Assembly (NCBI GenBank): GCA_903902345.1
Contig: CAIUUR010000499.1
Span: 1-56,433, forward strand
Reading direction: 5' to 3'
DNA length: 56,433 nt
From: an uncultured Geobacteraceae bacterium
Lineage (GTDB): Bacteria > Desulfobacterota > Desulfuromonadia > Geobacterales > CAIOGM01
Position numbers and translations under genes: made by a program. How positions within the stretch are numbered: position 1 is the first letter of the stretch; the number at the start of each line of letters is the position of its first letter. A model generated the notes under the pieces. It was not told the origin of the DNA. It ran no database searches and saw nothing but the letters and a program-made list of their open reading frames with translations. Shown piece after piece: positions 54,090 through 56,433 of the stretch.

Positions 54090-56433
54090 AGCCTATAATT
54101 CAGTAACTATATTTGGCACATTTATGCTGAAAAGTTTGTCAAAATTTGGTACGTTTGACCAGACTCTATTAGCAGGAGATGGTTATGCTCAAGCAGCAAC
54201 TGCTTCCCGGTTTTCCTGAAGGCGCACAAAAAGTTGGGGCTGCGTTAAACATTCTGGAGAAGGACGGAACAGTCACTTATTTCGTTGGTGGTGACAACTA
54301 TTTCTCTCATCCAAAAAGTGACCAACAAAGCATGCGTTTTGCTTTTGCGAGCTTGTTGGAAAATGGCCATGTTCGAGCGCGCGACCTTGAAAATCCCCCC
54401 CTGAACCTTCCGCACCGCACCGTGATGAATTGGCGGCACCAATACCGCACTGATGGTCCGGTTTCGTTTTATCGTCAGACGAGCCGACCCAAACCACGAG
54501 TCATGACCCCAGACAAATGTGCGGAATGTGCGAACCTTCTGGCAGAGGGCCTTTGCCCATCAGAGGTTGCCAGGCGGGCGCAGGTCTCTGAATACACCCT
54601 GCGCAAGGCTCTGCAACGAAATGCGATTCCCCTTCTCTCGAAAGAAGTGCCCTCTGCCGACAATCAGCCCTTATGCACCAAAAGCGACCGGAGTCGGGCT
54701 GATGCCGTTGCGGCGGACGCCTTGGGCACGGCCTGTACCCGTGCCGACGAGCGGGTCGCGGCGGCCATGGGATTGGCGGAATGCGCAACCACCCGATTCG
54801 AAGCCGGCTGTGACGTGCAAATGGGTGGACTGTTGGCGGCATTGCCGGCCTTGTGCGCTAATGGGCTGTTCAGTGGCCTGGGCAAACACCACCTCTTGCC
54901 GAAGGGATTCTACAGCGCTCTGCACATCCTCATGACCCTTGGCTTCATGGCGTTGGGACGGATTAAACGTCCCGAGGGATTGCGTCATATTCCGCCCGGC
55001 GAATTGGGTAAAACGATTGGCTTGGATCGTGTTCCCGAAGTCCGCACCCTGCGGGAAAAGATCACCCTGATGGCGACCTCGGGCAATCCGAGCGCCTGGA
55101 TGAAAGAGTTGAGCCAAGCGTGGCTGGAACAGGACCCTGACGCCGCCGGCTATCTTTATGTTGATGGCCATGTCCGGGTCTATAATGGCTCTCAGGCGAA
55201 CCTGCCGCGCCGTTATGTGTCGCGGCAACGACTCTGTTTGCGCGGTACCACCGACTACTGGGTCAACGATGCGGTGGGGCGTCCCTTCTTCGTTGTTTCC
55301 AAGGCGGTTACTGCGGGGTTGGCCGAAAGTCTGCTGAAAGACATCGTCCCGGAACTGCTCCGTACTGTTCCCGGACAACCAACCGCAGAGGAACTTGACC
55401 TTGATCCGCAACTCCATCGGTTTGTCATCGTCTTTGATCGTGAAGGTTCAACCCACAGCTTGCTGCACGATCTCTGGCGTCTGCGCATCGGCGCCCTGAC
55501 CTATCGCAAAAACGTCAAGGACGTCTGGCCGGAGTCTGAATTTTTGGAGTATGACGTGCCGGTGCCGGGTGGCGGCAGCGCTCGGATGAAACTCGCATTG
55601 CGTGACACGGAGATAACCGCCGGGACGGCATCCCTCCCGGTTACTGAAGTGCGGTGTCTGACCAAAACCGGCCATCAAACCGCGATCATCACCACCGCTA
55701 AACGTTTGGGAAATACCGACATCGCCAGTCGGATGTTCGCCCGATGGTGCCAGGAAAACTTCTTCGCATACATGATGCAACACTACGATATTGATGGACT
55801 TGTTGAGTACGGAGCGGAAAATATTCCTGGCACGACAATGGTCGTAAACCCGGTGTGGCGTACCCTTGATCGCGAGATCAGAACAACTCGTCACACCGAG
55901 CGCAAACTCCAGGCGGATTTTGCCAAGAAAACCATGAAAGACGGGACTGAAATTCAGAACAAGGCCGAAACGATTGACGCCATCCAGACAATACAGAGTG
56001 AGATTAAGCGCCTGTGCGTCGAACGTAAAAAAACGCCCAAGAAAATAACTATCGAGAGCTTGCCGGAGGAAGATCAACCAACCCAGCTGTTACCCTTGAA
56101 CAAGATACTGACCGATTCGGTGAAAATGATTGCTTACCGTTCCGAGACGGCCTTGGTTGCGTTGTTGCGGCGAAACTTGAAGAAAGAGGAGGAGGCCCGT
56201 GCCCTGATCAGAGAGCTATTTGTTTCATCTGCCGACATTATCCCTGACGAAAATGCTCAGATGCTGACGATCAAAATCCATCGAATGGCAAGTCCAGCTC
56301 ATGATAAGGCAATTGCTGGGTTGTTGGAGGAGTTAACCAAACAGGAGTTCCTGCACCCCGAAACGGGAGCGAAAATGGTCTACGTTCTCGCGTAAAGTGC
56401 CACAGCTACTTCCTGCCGGGTCAAGAAATCTGA
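54090..56433 (+). mobile_element. Insertion sequence (family not assigned), right end at or near the window edge
   Basis: Imperfect terminal/subterminal inverted repeats tttggcacatttatgc (54112-54127) and gcgtaaagtgccaca (56390-56404; reverse complement tgtggcactttacgc). A second direct copy atttggtacgttt lies at about 54144-54156. A single large transposase-like ORF. GC is lower than the flanking gene. It abuts the truncated surface-protein gene. Confidence 0.65.
54179..56395 (+). CDS. Putative transposase (738 aa) with N-terminal HTH-like region
   Basis: N-terminal helix-turn-helix-like segments (SEVARRAQVSEYTLRKALQRN), a central region with acidic residues in conserved-looking contexts (LYVDGHVRVYNG, VIVFDREGS), and a C-terminal coiled region. 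The stop codon lies inside the right inverted repeat. Confidence 0.6.
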   Translation: MVMLKQQLLPGFPEGAQKVGAALNILEKDGTVTYFVGGDNYFSHPKSDQQSMRFAFASLLENGHVRARDLENPPLNLPHRTVMNWRHQYRTDGPVSFYRQTSRPKPRVMTPDKCAECANLLAEGLCPSEVARRAQVSEYTLRKALQRNAIPLLSKEVPSADNQPLCTKSDRSRADAVAADALGTACTRADERVAAAMGLAECATTRFEAGCDVQMGGLLAALPALCANGLFSGLGKHHLLPKGFYSALHILMTLGFMALGRIKRPEGLRHIPPGELGKTIGLDRVPEVRTLREKITLMATSGNPSAWMKELSQAWLEQDPDAAGYLYVDGHVRVYNGSQANLPRRYVSRQRLCLRGTTDYWVNDAVGRPFFVVSKAVTAGLAESLLKDIVPELLRTVPGQPTAEELDLDPQLHRFVIVFDREGSTHSLLHDLWRLRIGALTYRKNVKDVWPESEFLEYDVPVPGGGSARMKLALRDTEITAGTASLPVTEVRCLTKTGHQTAIITTAKRLGNTDIASRMFARWCQENFFAYMMQHYDIDGLVEYGAENIPGTTMVVNPVWRTLDREIRTTRHTERKLQADFAKKTMKDGTEIQNKAETIDAIQTIQSEIKRLCVERKKTPKKITIESLPEEDQPTQLLPLNKILTDSVKMIAYRSETALVALLRRNLKKEEEARALIRELFVSSADIIPDENAQMLTIKIHRMASPAHDKAIAGLLEELTKQEFLHPETGAKMVYVLA

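Overview
GC-rich bacterial chromosomal window, probably from a Desulfuromonadales/Geobacter-like deltaproteobacterium (inferred from gene content, no search run). No rRNA, tRNA or CRISPR array was seen. Many long ORFs in the six-frame track are antisense or out-of-frame shadows of the genes listed. Left to right:
(i) A partial Cache-type sensor, a membrane protein, a periplasmic-binding-protein/hybrid histidine kinase pair, and a visibly lower-GC islet of small lipoprotein and secreted-protein genes. One of these is a signal-peptide-bearing Pro/Ala-rich plus Lys-rich polycationic protein.
(ii) The dominant feature: a ~16.5 kb, 17-gene, translationally coupled plus-strand operon (7596-24105).
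- Type II fatty-acid/polyketide-like core: ACP, FabD-like acyltransferase, a KS plus a catalytically incomplete KS partner, FabG-like KR, FabZ-like DH, hotdog thioesterase.
- Aryl-polyene-like tailoring/export module: LpxL-type acyltransferase, GT2, NodB deacetylase, LolA-like carrier, MMPL/RND exporter.
- Four radical SAM enzymes (three with cobalamin-type domains, one SPASM-like) and a flavodoxin-like protein.
- The product is unknown. This is my best candidate for an undescribed system.
(iii) An envelope region: small lipoproteins, a PagL-like deacylase, a TPR/SLH-like lipoprotein, and a five-gene operon (LPP20-like / DUF799-like-FN3-beta-helix-TPR / small secreted / transglutaminase-like / FGE-sulfatase-domain). 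Two lipoprotein genes here are frameshifted exactly at the signal-peptide/mature junction.
(iv) Minus-strand rpsF-rpsR-DUF2232-rplI, a terminator, then an SNF2-family helicase tightly coupled to a further B12-radical SAM gene.
(v) An OM barrel, an NlpC/P60 peptidase, and a Dnmt2-type cytosine-5 methyltransferase bracketed by copies of a structured palindromic repeat family. The window holds three copies, one with concerted compensatory arm changes. An EF-G paralog and a TPR membrane protein follow.
(vi) A PEP-CTERM protein and a large repeat-rich surface-protein gene whose 5' end is cut off by an IS element carrying a 738-aa putative transposase.
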